Assembly: GCA_015491245.1 (NCBI GenBank)
Contig: WFWH01000027.1
Location: 1-60,155 of the forward strand
Length of the DNA: 60,155 bases
From: Patescibacteria group bacterium
GTDB taxonomy: Bacteria > Patescibacteriota > Minisyncoccia > Phycocordibacterales > UBA12088
Direction of reading: 5' to 3'
Part shown: piece after piece, positions 17,731 through 25,575 of the stretch
Numbering within the stretch: position 1 is the stretch's first letter
Layout of the letters: each line of letters starts with the position of its first letter
Program-made: the position numbers and the translations under genes
The notes under the pieces: generated by a model
The model's input: the letters and a program-made list of their open reading frames with translations, nothing else
Told to the model about the DNA's origin: nothing
Databases searched by the model: none

Positions 17731-18267
17731 ATGGGTACCGCCCATCCAAAAATATCACGCGCCCGGCAGTTTGCCAGGCGTGTGCACAACAGGCAGATGC
17801 GCCTTGATGGAGAGTCGCAGTTCGCGCATTGCGAGCGGGTCGCCACCATCGTCATCGGCCTACTGGCGGAATTTCATCACCCCGTCCGCGATGACGAGGT
17901 GGTGGAGGATGTGGTCGCCGCCGCGCTCCTCCACGATACGTTGGAGGACACCGAGACCACCGACGAGGAGCTTGCCGGGCACTTCGGCGAGCGGGTGGCG
18001 CGCATTGTCCGCGCTGTGAGCCACGAGCAGGAAGAGGAGCCCGATGAGGTTTACCTCTCTCGTGTGGCTGCCGGCGGTCGGGAGGCGCTTCTGGTGAAGC
18101 TCGCCGACCGGCTGGACAATACGCGCACGCTCGTGCGGGCGCCGCGCGAATTTCGTGAGCGCAAGCTCGCCGAGATACGCGCAGCGCTGCCCATCTGGGA
18201 GCGTATGTTCCTGGAGAGTGTGCCGCTGATCAGGAAAGCGATCAAGGAGGTGGAAGATGCCTCGTAG
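17731..18267 (+). CDS. Island gene 5: SpoT/RelA-type HD hydrolase, small alarmone hydrolase (SAH)-like
   Basis: AAGGAGG SD. VHNRQMRLDGESQFAHCERVA and AALLHDTLEDT...FGERVARIVRAVS match the (p)ppGpp-hydrolase HD signature (H..Q.R, HD, ED). At 178 aa there is no synthetase domain. Confidence 0.8.
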   Translation: MGTAHPKISRARQFARRVHNRQMRLDGESQFAHCERVATIVIGLLAEFHHPVRDDEVVEDVVAAALLHDTLEDTETTDEELAGHFGERVARIVRAVSHEQEEEPDEVYLSRVAAGGREALLVKLADRLDNTRTLVRAPREFRERKLAEIRAALPIWERMFLESVPLIRKAIKEVEDAS

Positions 18268-18296
18268 ATCGCTTTCAGAGCTTCGTCTGCGCGCCG

Positions 18297-18545
18297 GTGC
18301 GGCTCTTCAGGTTGCACCGGAGCTCCGTAAGGAGGCTCGTGAGAATTGCGAGTGAGAAGTCACCTTCGGCGGCATTCTCGCTTGCCTCGCGCGCAGCACA
18401 GCTTCATGGCCACGCGGGCATGGACACTTTGGCGCTTGCCAAGGCGACCCGCTGGCTTGCCGTGATCCGACGGGATTACGGTGAAAAAGCGTTTTTGGGG
18501 ACCGTGGGGACGCCTGCGGCCATGAACCAAGGAGAAAATTCATGA
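18297..18545 (+). CDS. Island gene 6: small ORF translationally coupled to the AAA+ gene (start uncertain)
   Basis: The frame ends with TGA overlapping ATG 18542 (ATGA). An internal ATG would give MDTLALAKATRWLAVIRRDYGEKAFLG. No family recognised. Confidence 0.3.
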   Translation: MRLFRLHRSSVRRLVRIASEKSPSAAFSLASRAAQLHGHAGMDTLALAKATRWLAVIRRDYGEKAFLGTVGTPAAMNQGENS

Positions 18546-19768
18546 GCAACCCGCTTTCTCAGGCCACCGCGGTGGCCGGCAAGGTCAGGGCGATCACCGA
18601 CGAGGTGCTCGCCGAAAACATCGGGCGGGAGCAGATGGTGCATGCCGTCTGGCTCTCGCTCATCTCCGGCAACCCGGCGTTTTTCCTGGGCGAGCCGGGC
18701 CTTAACAAAACCGGCACCGTCCAGGCGCTTGCGCGCCGGATTGACGGGGCGGTCTTCTACGACGCCCTGATGCCGACCGTTGTGTCGGTGGAGCAGCTTC
18801 TTGTGGAGTCTACCTCCATTGAGGAGTCGCCGACCAGCTCGGGCGGTAAGGAAATTCGCGTGCGAGAGAAACTCGGCCGGGCGGCGAAGGCACACCTCGT
18901 CTTTGCCGACGAGATCTGGAAGGCGGAGCCGCGCGTGCTCCAGACGGTTCTGGATCTCGCCAAGGGCGACGGGGTGCGCCACGAGGGCGCGATGATCAAA
19001 ACGCCGCTTATGGCGTTTATCGCCGCGTCCAACGAGTTGCCCGAGCCGGAGGGCAACCTTGGCGCGATGTGGTCGCGTATGACCATTCGCGCCGTGGTGG
19101 AGCCTTTGGGTGCTGGAGAGAAGCGCGCGTTTATCAAAGCGCGCCTTGCCCGCAAACGGCACGCGAGCTCCGGCGGCGCTCAGCCGGCACAGAAGCTCAC
19201 CTTGCAGGAGGTGGAGCTTCTGCGGCAGGCGCAGCCGCTCGTTGCCGTCCCCGACGACATCGTTGAGCAGGTGCTGGAGATTTACCAAGCCCTGCGAGAC
19301 AAGGACTCGGAGGGCTTTGACTGGCTATGGGCCGACGACCGGCGCTTTGGCCGTATCTTTGATGTCCTGCAGGCAAATGCCCTGCTGGACGGACGAGACA
19401 CGGTCAGCCGGCAGGACCTGTGGGTCCTGAATCTGCTCCTGTGGGATGACCCGGAGCAGATTCCGACGGTCGTGGAGACCGTCGCGCCGTACTGCCGGAC
19501 GCCGCTCTCGGAGGCCGAGGAGCTCGTGGATGCGCTCTTTGTGCCCGATGGCCTCGTCGCGGAGGTCAAGGGCGGCAAGCGCGATCGCCTAGTAGAAGCG
19601 ATCACCCAGATTGAGGAGTGCGAGAAAGAGCTCGCGCGCCTCATGGGTGAGGCCTCTGGTACCGAGGCCGCTTCCATCGGCGACCTCCAGGCGAAGATTG
19701 CCGCCGAGAAGCAGGCGGTGGTCAGTGCTGCCTTGGGGACCAAATATACGGTCTCCAGTCGCAAATAA
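18542..19768 (+). CDS. Island gene 7: MoxR-class AAA+ ATPase, RavA-like
   Basis: Walker A GEPGLNKT, Walker B LVFADEIWKAEPRVLQTVL, IAASNELPE and DDRRFGRIFDVLQANALLDGRDTVSRQDLWVLNLLLW parallel E. coli RavA blocks (VFLDEIWKAGPAILNTLL, VAASNELPE, SDRRW...GR...DL). Confidence 0.85.
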   Translation: MSNPLSQATAVAGKVRAITDEVLAENIGREQMVHAVWLSLISGNPAFFLGEPGLNKTGTVQALARRIDGAVFYDALMPTVVSVEQLLVESTSIEESPTSSGGKEIRVREKLGRAAKAHLVFADEIWKAEPRVLQTVLDLAKGDGVRHEGAMIKTPLMAFIAASNELPEPEGNLGAMWSRMTIRAVVEPLGAGEKRAFIKARLARKRHASSGGAQPAQKLTLQEVELLRQAQPLVAVPDDIVEQVLEIYQALRDKDSEGFDWLWADDRRFGRIFDVLQANALLDGRDTVSRQDLWVLNLLLWDDPEQIPTVVETVAPYCRTPLSEAEELVDALFVPDGLVAEVKGGKRDRLVEAITQIEECEKELARLMGEASGTEAASIGDLQAKIAAEKQAVVSAALGTKYTVSSRK

Positions 19769-21651
19769 TGGAGGTCAAAATGGAAAATCCCAGTAAGCCG
19801 CCGCTTACGCGGCAGGAGCTCGGGCGCCTGCTGGTGTCGGATGCGGATGCCTTCACACAGCTCCGCTTCCTCCGGCACCGGGAGACAACCCCGGCGCTCC
19901 AGGAGCTCGAGCGGGCGGCGGAAGACCGCCTGCCGGGCTCGGTAGGCGCGCTCGCCGACCTCTACCACGCGCTCTGGTCTCCCGACCCAAAGCTCCTCCC
20001 GGAGGAGCAGGTCGGGACCGACCGGCGCGCGTGGCGTGCGATGCTCCAGGGCATGCTCGCCTCCTCAGCCTACGAGGCGGCGCATGCCCGGACGCGCCTC
20101 TCGGACCTCCGGTCGCTTATCGGGACCATTGAGCTCGGCAACGCCATTGCCGCGCAGGTATCCGAGGAGGATGCGGAGAAGCTACGGGAGCAGGCCGCGG
20201 CGCAGCGCGAGGCGGATGAGGCCAACGACAGGGCCGAGGAGGCCGAGTCGCAGGCGGATGCCGCCGAAGCGCTTGCACAGGCGGCCGCCGGGCAGGCGCA
20301 AGCCGGCTCCGGGCAAGGCGGCGACTCTCAGCCGGGTGAGCCGTCCGGCGAGGATGCGGGTGGTGAGCCGCAGGAGAGCTCGCAGGGGCAATCTGGCGAT
20401 TCGCTGGGTGCGTCCGGTATGCCGCAGTCCGGAGTCGGCACTCCCGCGGGTGGTGCAATGCCGCAGGCGGGAGCGCCGTCGAGGATGCCGCAGAGCGGCC
20501 GGCCCCAGAGGGGCGGTCGCGCAGAGGCGCACTCCGGCGGTGGCACCATCACGCCCGAAGAGGCCCAAGCGCTTGCCGATGAGCTCGCGAGGCAAGCCCA
20601 GGAGGCGCGCGCGAAGGCCGAGGCCGCGCGTGAGGAAGCCGAGCGCAAGCAGCAAGAAGCCGACCGGCTCGCCGAGGCGCTTCTGGGAGAGCCCGGGAGC
20701 GAGGAGGCGGCCGAGAAGCTCCAGGAGCTTGCGCGCATCGGCGCGGCGGCGATGCGCAAGGCCCAAAAGAAGGTGGAAGAGGTCTCCGAGACCTTGGAAG
20801 CCTGGGGCCTTGAGGAGGGTGAGCTCACCCGCGAGGGGATGCCTGAGGCGATGGGCATTCTGGAGCGGATGCAAAAGAGCGATGCCTTCAAAAAATTCGC
20901 ATCGCTCCTTGGCCGGATTCGTCGGATTGCCGCCCGTAAGGCGAAGTCCGACGAGAGAGTCGAGGGAGTTCGGGTATCAAAGCCCGAGCTCGGCCGCGAC
21001 ATTCGCCGGGCGGTGCCGGCGGAACTTGCCGCGCTTGCGACGCCTGTCACTCGACCCAAGACGCTTGTGCGTTGGGCACGGGGCGAGCTGCGCTTGCGCG
21101 GCGAGGAGGCAAAGCAGCGCCTCGGCGAGGGGCCGGTGGTGGTCTGCGAAGACTCTTCCGGCTCCATGGACGGAGCGAAGCGGCAGTGGGCGAAAGCGAC
21201 AACGCTCGCGCTTGCCCACTACGCCAAGCTCCGCAAGAGGTCGTTTGCGTGGATCATGTTTGATTCGCGCGTGCAGGCGGTTAAGGTCGTTGAGAAGGGC
21301 CGGCTGTCTGCGAAGGACCTTCTGGAGATCGCCGAGGTAAGCTCCGGCGGCGGCACCTCATTTGAAGCGCCGCTTGACCGCGCCCTTGAGGTGATTCGCG
21401 AGGAAGGCTTGAAAAAGGCCGACATCGCGTTTATCACCGATGGTGAGTGCGCGGTTGCCGACGAGTGGCTCAAGGAGTTTCTCGCTGCAAAGGAGAAGCT
21501 CCAGTTCAATGTCGTCAGTGTCCTGTGCGACGTGGGCGCCACAAGCGGCAGCACGGTAGAGAAATTCTCTGACCGTGTTGAGCGTGTCTCCTCGCTTGAC
21601 GAGGGGGATGCCGCCGCAGTCATCGGCCATATAGGAGGTGGTCATGGCTGA
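19768..21651 (+). CDS. Island gene 8: ViaA-like VWA-domain protein with a long low-complexity acidic/Gln/Gly linker
   Basis: The start overlaps the upstream stop (TAATG). The C-terminal VWA domain has the MIDAS motif VVVCEDSSGSMDG, then WAKATTLALAHYA, GGGTSFEAPLD, IAFITDGE. This is the layout of ViaA/CoxE-type partners of MoxR ATPases. Confidence 0.8.
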   Translation: MEVKMENPSKPPLTRQELGRLLVSDADAFTQLRFLRHRETTPALQELERAAEDRLPGSVGALADLYHALWSPDPKLLPEEQVGTDRRAWRAMLQGMLASSAYEAAHARTRLSDLRSLIGTIELGNAIAAQVSEEDAEKLREQAAAQREADEANDRAEEAESQADAAEALAQAAAGQAQAGSGQGGDSQPGEPSGEDAGGEPQESSQGQSGDSLGASGMPQSGVGTPAGGAMPQAGAPSRMPQSGRPQRGGRAEAHSGGGTITPEEAQALADELARQAQEARAKAEAAREEAERKQQEADRLAEALLGEPGSEEAAEKLQELARIGAAAMRKAQKKVEEVSETLEAWGLEEGELTREGMPEAMGILERMQKSDAFKKFASLLGRIRRIAARKAKSDERVEGVRVSKPELGRDIRRAVPAELAALATPVTRPKTLVRWARGELRLRGEEAKQRLGEGPVVVCEDSSGSMDGAKRQWAKATTLALAHYAKLRKRSFAWIMFDSRVQAVKVVEKGRLSAKDLLEIAEVSSGGGTSFEAPLDRALEVIREEGLKKADIAFITDGECAVADEWLKEFLAAKEKLQFNVVSVLCDVGATSGSTVEKFSDRVERVSSLDEGDAAAVIGHIGGGHG

Positions 21652-22267
21652 GGAGCTTATTGTCACCAAAATCGCCGAGCAAGGGAAGAAATTTGATGAA
21701 ACCGGACAGTGCATCACATCGCACGAGCGGTCCATTGTCTTTCTCCCTCGCGAGGCGAAGCCCGGCGAGCTCGTCCGTGTCCGCCTCATTCCCATCACCG
21801 ATCCGGAAGGGAATGAGAAAAAAGACCGCAACGGGCGTGTTATGTACCGTGCGGTCTGGGCGCCCGCGAGTCTTAGCCTCAAGCAGAGGATTGCGCAGGA
21901 GGCGCAGAGATTGCGCGCCTGCGCAGCTCTGCAGGGCAAAGCGGGAGAAGCGGCAGCGCGCACTCTTTTGGGTGCCGCCCCTCAGGGTGGTACCGGCTTT
22001 GACTGGTACTATTTTGAGGAAAGCGCGGCATACGCGTCACGCTTCTCCCCCTCTGCGCTGTTACTGCTCGAACATATCGAGCATGTGCAGGGCAGTGCGG
22101 AGGCGGAACTGCTCGCCTGGGTGGCGGATGGGGCGTACTACCGACGCCGCGCACGTGGGGAGCCAGTAGATTACTGGCAGTGCCCCGATCTATCCGCCGC
22201 CAGATTGGAGGCGTTGGGCAATGACTCACTGTTGTTGTCCCGACGCCTTGATGGGGAGGAATCGTGA
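21644..22267 (+). CDS. Island gene 9: hypothetical protein (207 aa), N-terminal small beta-barrel (TRAM/OB-like?)
   Basis: AGGAGG at 21633-21638. The ATG overlaps the VWA stop (ATGGCTGA). The N-terminus IVFLPREAKPGELVRVRLIPI is TRAM-like. The rest is unrecognised. Confidence 0.5.
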   Translation: MAEELIVTKIAEQGKKFDETGQCITSHERSIVFLPREAKPGELVRVRLIPITDPEGNEKKDRNGRVMYRAVWAPASLSLKQRIAQEAQRLRACAALQGKAGEAAARTLLGAAPQGGTGFDWYYFEESAAYASRFSPSALLLLEHIEHVQGSAEAELLAWVADGAYYRRRARGEPVDYWQCPDLSAARLEALGNDSLLLSRRLDGEES

Positions 22268-22299
22268 TGGATTCTTCCTTCAAAATCATTCAACTTTCT

Positions 22300-22368
22300 C
22301 GCCCGGCTGCGGAAGCAGCCGGGCGTTCCCCTCTCCACATGTTTCCGTGGAGAGGGGTTTTTTATTTT
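22300..22368 (+). terminator. Double terminator closing the island
   Basis: 22300-22325 is an 11-bp stem with a GGAA loop. 22328-22357 (cccctctccac/gtggagagggg) is followed by TTTTTTATTTT. Confidence 0.8.
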
Positions 22369-22471
22369 CGGCGGCGTGCATTGTTGTGGAGTTATAAGAG
22401 GCGCGGCACACAGCGCGGCGCAGGGCGCCTGCCGCATCCACAGGCGCGGGTGCGTGGGGTGTGGGGTTATT

Positions 22472-22480
22472 TGCTATACT
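22472..22480 (+). promoter_or_regulatory. Extended -10 promoter (TGcTATACT) upstream of pilB
   Basis: tTGCTATACT at 22471-22480. No good -35 element. Confidence 0.4.
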
Positions 22481-22578
22481 GAAAAAACCACACGAGGGTA
22501 TGCGGGGAACGCGGCGGCGCGGATTAGCACCGCGAAGGCGCGCGCGGCTCTCCGCGCCGTTTCGGTGCGTCCTTTTCC

Positions 22579-24327
22579 ATGCTTGCCCATTCGCCACAGC
22601 TCAAAGATTTTATCCTTGATGCGGGGCTCGTATCCCGCAAGGCCTACGAGGCGGCGGAAAAAGAGGCAGAAAAGAAACACACCACTCCCGAGGCGATTTT
22701 GCTCGCCAATGGCGAGCTCACCGAGGACGACCTGCGCCGCATGGAGTCCTATGTGTTGGGCATACCCTTCATTGACCTCAAGGGCATGAAGGTGGATTTT
22801 GAAACGCTCTCGCTCATTCCCGAACCCATTGCGCGGCGGCACAACATTGTCGCCTACCGCAAGAAAGGGAATGATTTGGAAGTTGCCATGATGGACACCG
22901 AGGCGCTGCAGTCCATTGAATTTTTGAAGAAAAAATTGGGGCTCAAAATACTCCCGCGGCTCACCGACGCTGATTCCATCAAGCACGCGCTCCTGCAGTA
23001 CCAAAAGACACTCAAAGACGAGTTCGGCGACCTCATCCAGCGCGAGAGCGCCTCCATTGAGCTCATCAATGAAGACGGCGAGGAGATCTCGGAGGAGAAC
23101 TTGAAGAAAATGGCGGAAGACCTGCCGGTGGTCCGCATCGTTAACGCGCTCCTCAAGCACGCCCTCATCCAAAACGCGTCCGACGTGCACATTGAGCCCA
23201 TGGAGAAAAAGGTGCTGGTGCGCTACCGCATTGACGGCATCCTGCACGACGCCATGACGCTACCCGCCGCTGCGGCACCCAGCATTGTGGCGCGCATCAA
23301 GGTGCTCTCCAATTTGAAATTGGATGAGAAGCGCTTGCCGCAAGACGGGCGCTTCAAGCTGGACATTGACGGCGAAAAGGTGTCGTTCCGCGTGTCCACG
23401 CTCCCTACCTACTACGGCGAAAAGGTGGTCATGCGCCTTTTGCGCGAGGGGGGCGGCGGCTATACCATGGAAACGCTCGGCTTCCACGGCGTGGCGCTGG
23501 AGTGGATCCACGAGGCGCTCAAAAAGACGACCGGCATGCTGCTCACCACCGGCCCCACCGGCTCGGGAAAGACCACCACCCTCTACACCATGCTGGATAT
23601 CCTCAACACGCCGGACGTGAACATCTCTACCATAGAGGACCCCATTGAGTACCAGGTGCCGCGCATCAACCAAACACAGGTAAAGCCTGACATTGGCCTC
23701 ACCTTTTCCGCGGGCTTGCGCGCCCTGATGCGCCAGGACCCCGACATCATTATGGTGGGTGAGATTCGCGACCATGAAACGGCATCGCTTGCCATCAACG
23801 CCGCGCTCACGGGACACAAGGTGCTCTCCACGCTCCACACTAACAGCGCCGCGGGTACCATTCCGCGCATGATGGACATGGGCGCCGAGCCGTTCCTCTT
23901 GGTGTCCACGATCAATGTCATCATCGGCCAACGCCTGGTGCGCAAGTTAACCGCCGCGCGTGAGCCATACACGCTGGAAAAAGACGAGCTTGCCGCACTG
24001 CGCCGCAAGGTGGATTTGGACAAGGTTATCCGCGCGCTCGTGAGTGAAGGCGTGGTGGCGCGCGGCACCACGCCCGATAAGCTCGTGTTCTACAAACCCA
24101 AGCCGAGCGACGAGTCGGAGGATGGCTACAAGGGGCGCATTGGCATCCACGAGGTGATGAAGGTCACCCCCGCCATCAAAGAGCTCGTCATGCAGGGGCG
24201 CCCCGCAAGCGACTTGGAGGCGCGCGCGCGCGAGGAGGGCATGCTCACCATGCTGGAGGACGGCATATTTCTCGCCGCGCGAGGCATCACCACCATAGAG
24301 GAGGTGCTGCGCGTTGTCAGTGATTAG
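22579..24327 (+). CDS. pilB: Type IV pilus assembly ATPase PilB / GspE family
   Basis: N-terminal GspE-N-like repeats, Walker A TGPTGSGKTTTLY, and the conserved blocks MRQDPDIIMVGEIRD and VLSTLHTN. Confidence 0.93.
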   Translation: MLAHSPQLKDFILDAGLVSRKAYEAAEKEAEKKHTTPEAILLANGELTEDDLRRMESYVLGIPFIDLKGMKVDFETLSLIPEPIARRHNIVAYRKKGNDLEVAMMDTEALQSIEFLKKKLGLKILPRLTDADSIKHALLQYQKTLKDEFGDLIQRESASIELINEDGEEISEENLKKMAEDLPVVRIVNALLKHALIQNASDVHIEPMEKKVLVRYRIDGILHDAMTLPAAAAPSIVARIKVLSNLKLDEKRLPQDGRFKLDIDGEKVSFRVSTLPTYYGEKVVMRLLREGGGGYTMETLGFHGVALEWIHEALKKTTGMLLTTGPTGSGKTTTLYTMLDILNTPDVNISTIEDPIEYQVPRINQTQVKPDIGLTFSAGLRALMRQDPDIIMVGEIRDHETASLAINAALTGHKVLSTLHTNSAAGTIPRMMDMGAEPFLLVSTINVIIGQRLVRKLTAAREPYTLEKDELAALRRKVDLDKVIRALVSEGVVARGTTPDKLVFYKPKPSDESEDGYKGRIGIHEVMKVTPAIKELVMQGRPASDLEARAREEGMLTMLEDGIFLAARGITTIEEVLRVVSD

Positions 24328-24357
24328 GTGTGTACGCCGCCGCACGGCTGAAGGCCC

Positions 24358-25575
24358 ATGAAGTATACCTACACCTACACGACACCGGACGGCCACACGC
24401 ACACCAAAGCGGTTGAGGCAGAAAACCGCTTTGAAATTTACCGCTTGGTGCGCAAGGAGGGGGGCAATGTGGTCTCCATCAAGGAAGGGCGCGCCGCGTG
24501 GGGCGCGCTCAATATGGAGGCGGTGAATGCTGCGCTCTCACGCGTAAAGATGGTGGAGAAAATTCTCTTTGCGCACAATCTCAGCGCCATGCTCGCCGCA
24601 GGATTGCCGTTGTCGCGGGCGCTTTCGGTAATGGAGCGGCAGACGAAAAACCCTAAACTCCAGCAGGTACTGCGGGACATCAGCGAACACATTCGGCAGG
24701 GCAGCGAGCTGTGGCGCGCACTGGAGCGCCACCCCAAGGTGTTTTCACCGCTCATGGTCGCTATGGTGAGAGCGGGGGAAGAGTCGGGCAAGCTCTCGGA
24801 ATCGCTCAAGGTTATTGCCGACCAAATGGAGCGCACCTACGAGCTGAAAAAAAAGATACACGGGGCGATGATCTACCCCGGCATCATCATCACCGCACTT
24901 GTGGGCATTGGCGCACTGATGCTCACCTTTATCGTGCCGACGCTGAGCCAGACATTTGAGGATTTGGGAGTGACCCTGCCGGCAACGACGCAGTTTATCA
25001 TTACACTCAGCAATTTTTTGGTGAACTATACATTCTGGGCATTAGCAGTGTTGGTAGCGGCCGTGGTGGGGATAGGGTATGGGTTGCGCACCGAGGCGGG
25101 CAAGCGCGTGCGTGACGCCCTTACGCTCCGCATACCACTCATCGGCACCATTGTGCGCGAAGCCAACGCCGCGCGCACCTGCCGCACACTCGCCTCGCTC
25201 CTCTCTGCGGGGGTTTCAGTGGTAAAAGCGATGGAAATCACCGAAAGCATTGTACAAAACCGCAGTTTCCGCCCCGTGTTGCGGGAAGCACAGGCGCGGG
25301 TGCAAAAAGGGGTGCCGGTTTCAACAGTTTTTCAAGCGCACGAGCACCTGTACCCGCCGCTGGTGGGGGAGCTCATGGCAGTGGGGGAAGAGACAGGAGA
25401 GCTACCGGGCATGCTGGCGGAGCTCGCTAAATTTTATGAGGGCGAGGTGGACCAAAAGACCAAAAACATTTCCACCTTTATTGAGCCGTTGCTCATGTTG
25501 CTCGTCGGAGGTGCGGTAGGATTTTTCGCCATTTCCATGCTGCAGCCCATTTACTCAATTACCAATGCCTTTTAA
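24358..25575 (+). CDS. pilC: Type IV pilus platform protein PilC / GspF family
   Basis: Duplicated GspF domain (LSAMLAAGLPLSRAL and LASLLSAGVSVVKAM) with three hydrophobic segments. Confidence 0.92.
   Translation: MKYTYTYTTPDGHTHTKAVEAENRFEIYRLVRKEGGNVVSIKEGRAAWGALNMEAVNAALSRVKMVEKILFAHNLSAMLAAGLPLSRALSVMERQTKNPKLQQVLRDISEHIRQGSELWRALERHPKVFSPLMVAMVRAGEESGKLSESLKVIADQMERTYELKKKIHGAMIYPGIIITALVGIGALMLTFIVPTLSQTFEDLGVTLPATTQFIITLSNFLVNYTFWALAVLVAAVVGIGYGLRTEAGKRVRDALTLRIPLIGTIVREANAARTCRTLASLLSAGVSVVKAMEITESIVQNRSFRPVLREAQARVQKGVPVSTVFQAHEHLYPPLVGELMAVGEETGELPGMLAELAKFYEGEVDQKTKNISTFIEPLLMLLVGGAVGFFAISMLQPIYSITNAF

Noticed and set aside
13243-17745. Very long minus-strand ORFs (13243..14760, 505 aa; 15841..17745, 634 aa) lying over the island
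   Set aside because: Their products are Arg/Pro/Ala/Gly-dominated with no motifs. They run antisense to + strand ORFs that have SD sites, recognisable domains and start/stop coupling. These are typical GC-rich shadow ORFs.
18257-18355. A 32-codon ORF (MPRRSLSELRLRAGAALQVAPELRKEARENCE) starting inside the end of the HD gene
   Set aside because: It is too short and unsupported. The other frame (18297..18545) is the one coupled to the AAA+ start, and even that is low confidence.
20036-21340. Alternative 434-aa frame and apparent repeats inside the VWA gene
   Set aside because: The alternative frame is Arg/Pro/Ser junk. The repetitiveness is the protein-level low-complexity linker (Q/G/S/E/A) of the VWA protein, not a tandem DNA repeat or a separate gene.
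13134-22578. Calling the island a prophage or an integrative or transposable element
   Set aside because: No integrase, transposase, tRNA target, terminal inverted repeats or flanking direct repeats could be found by eye. Horizontal origin rests only on the compositional impression and the accessory position.
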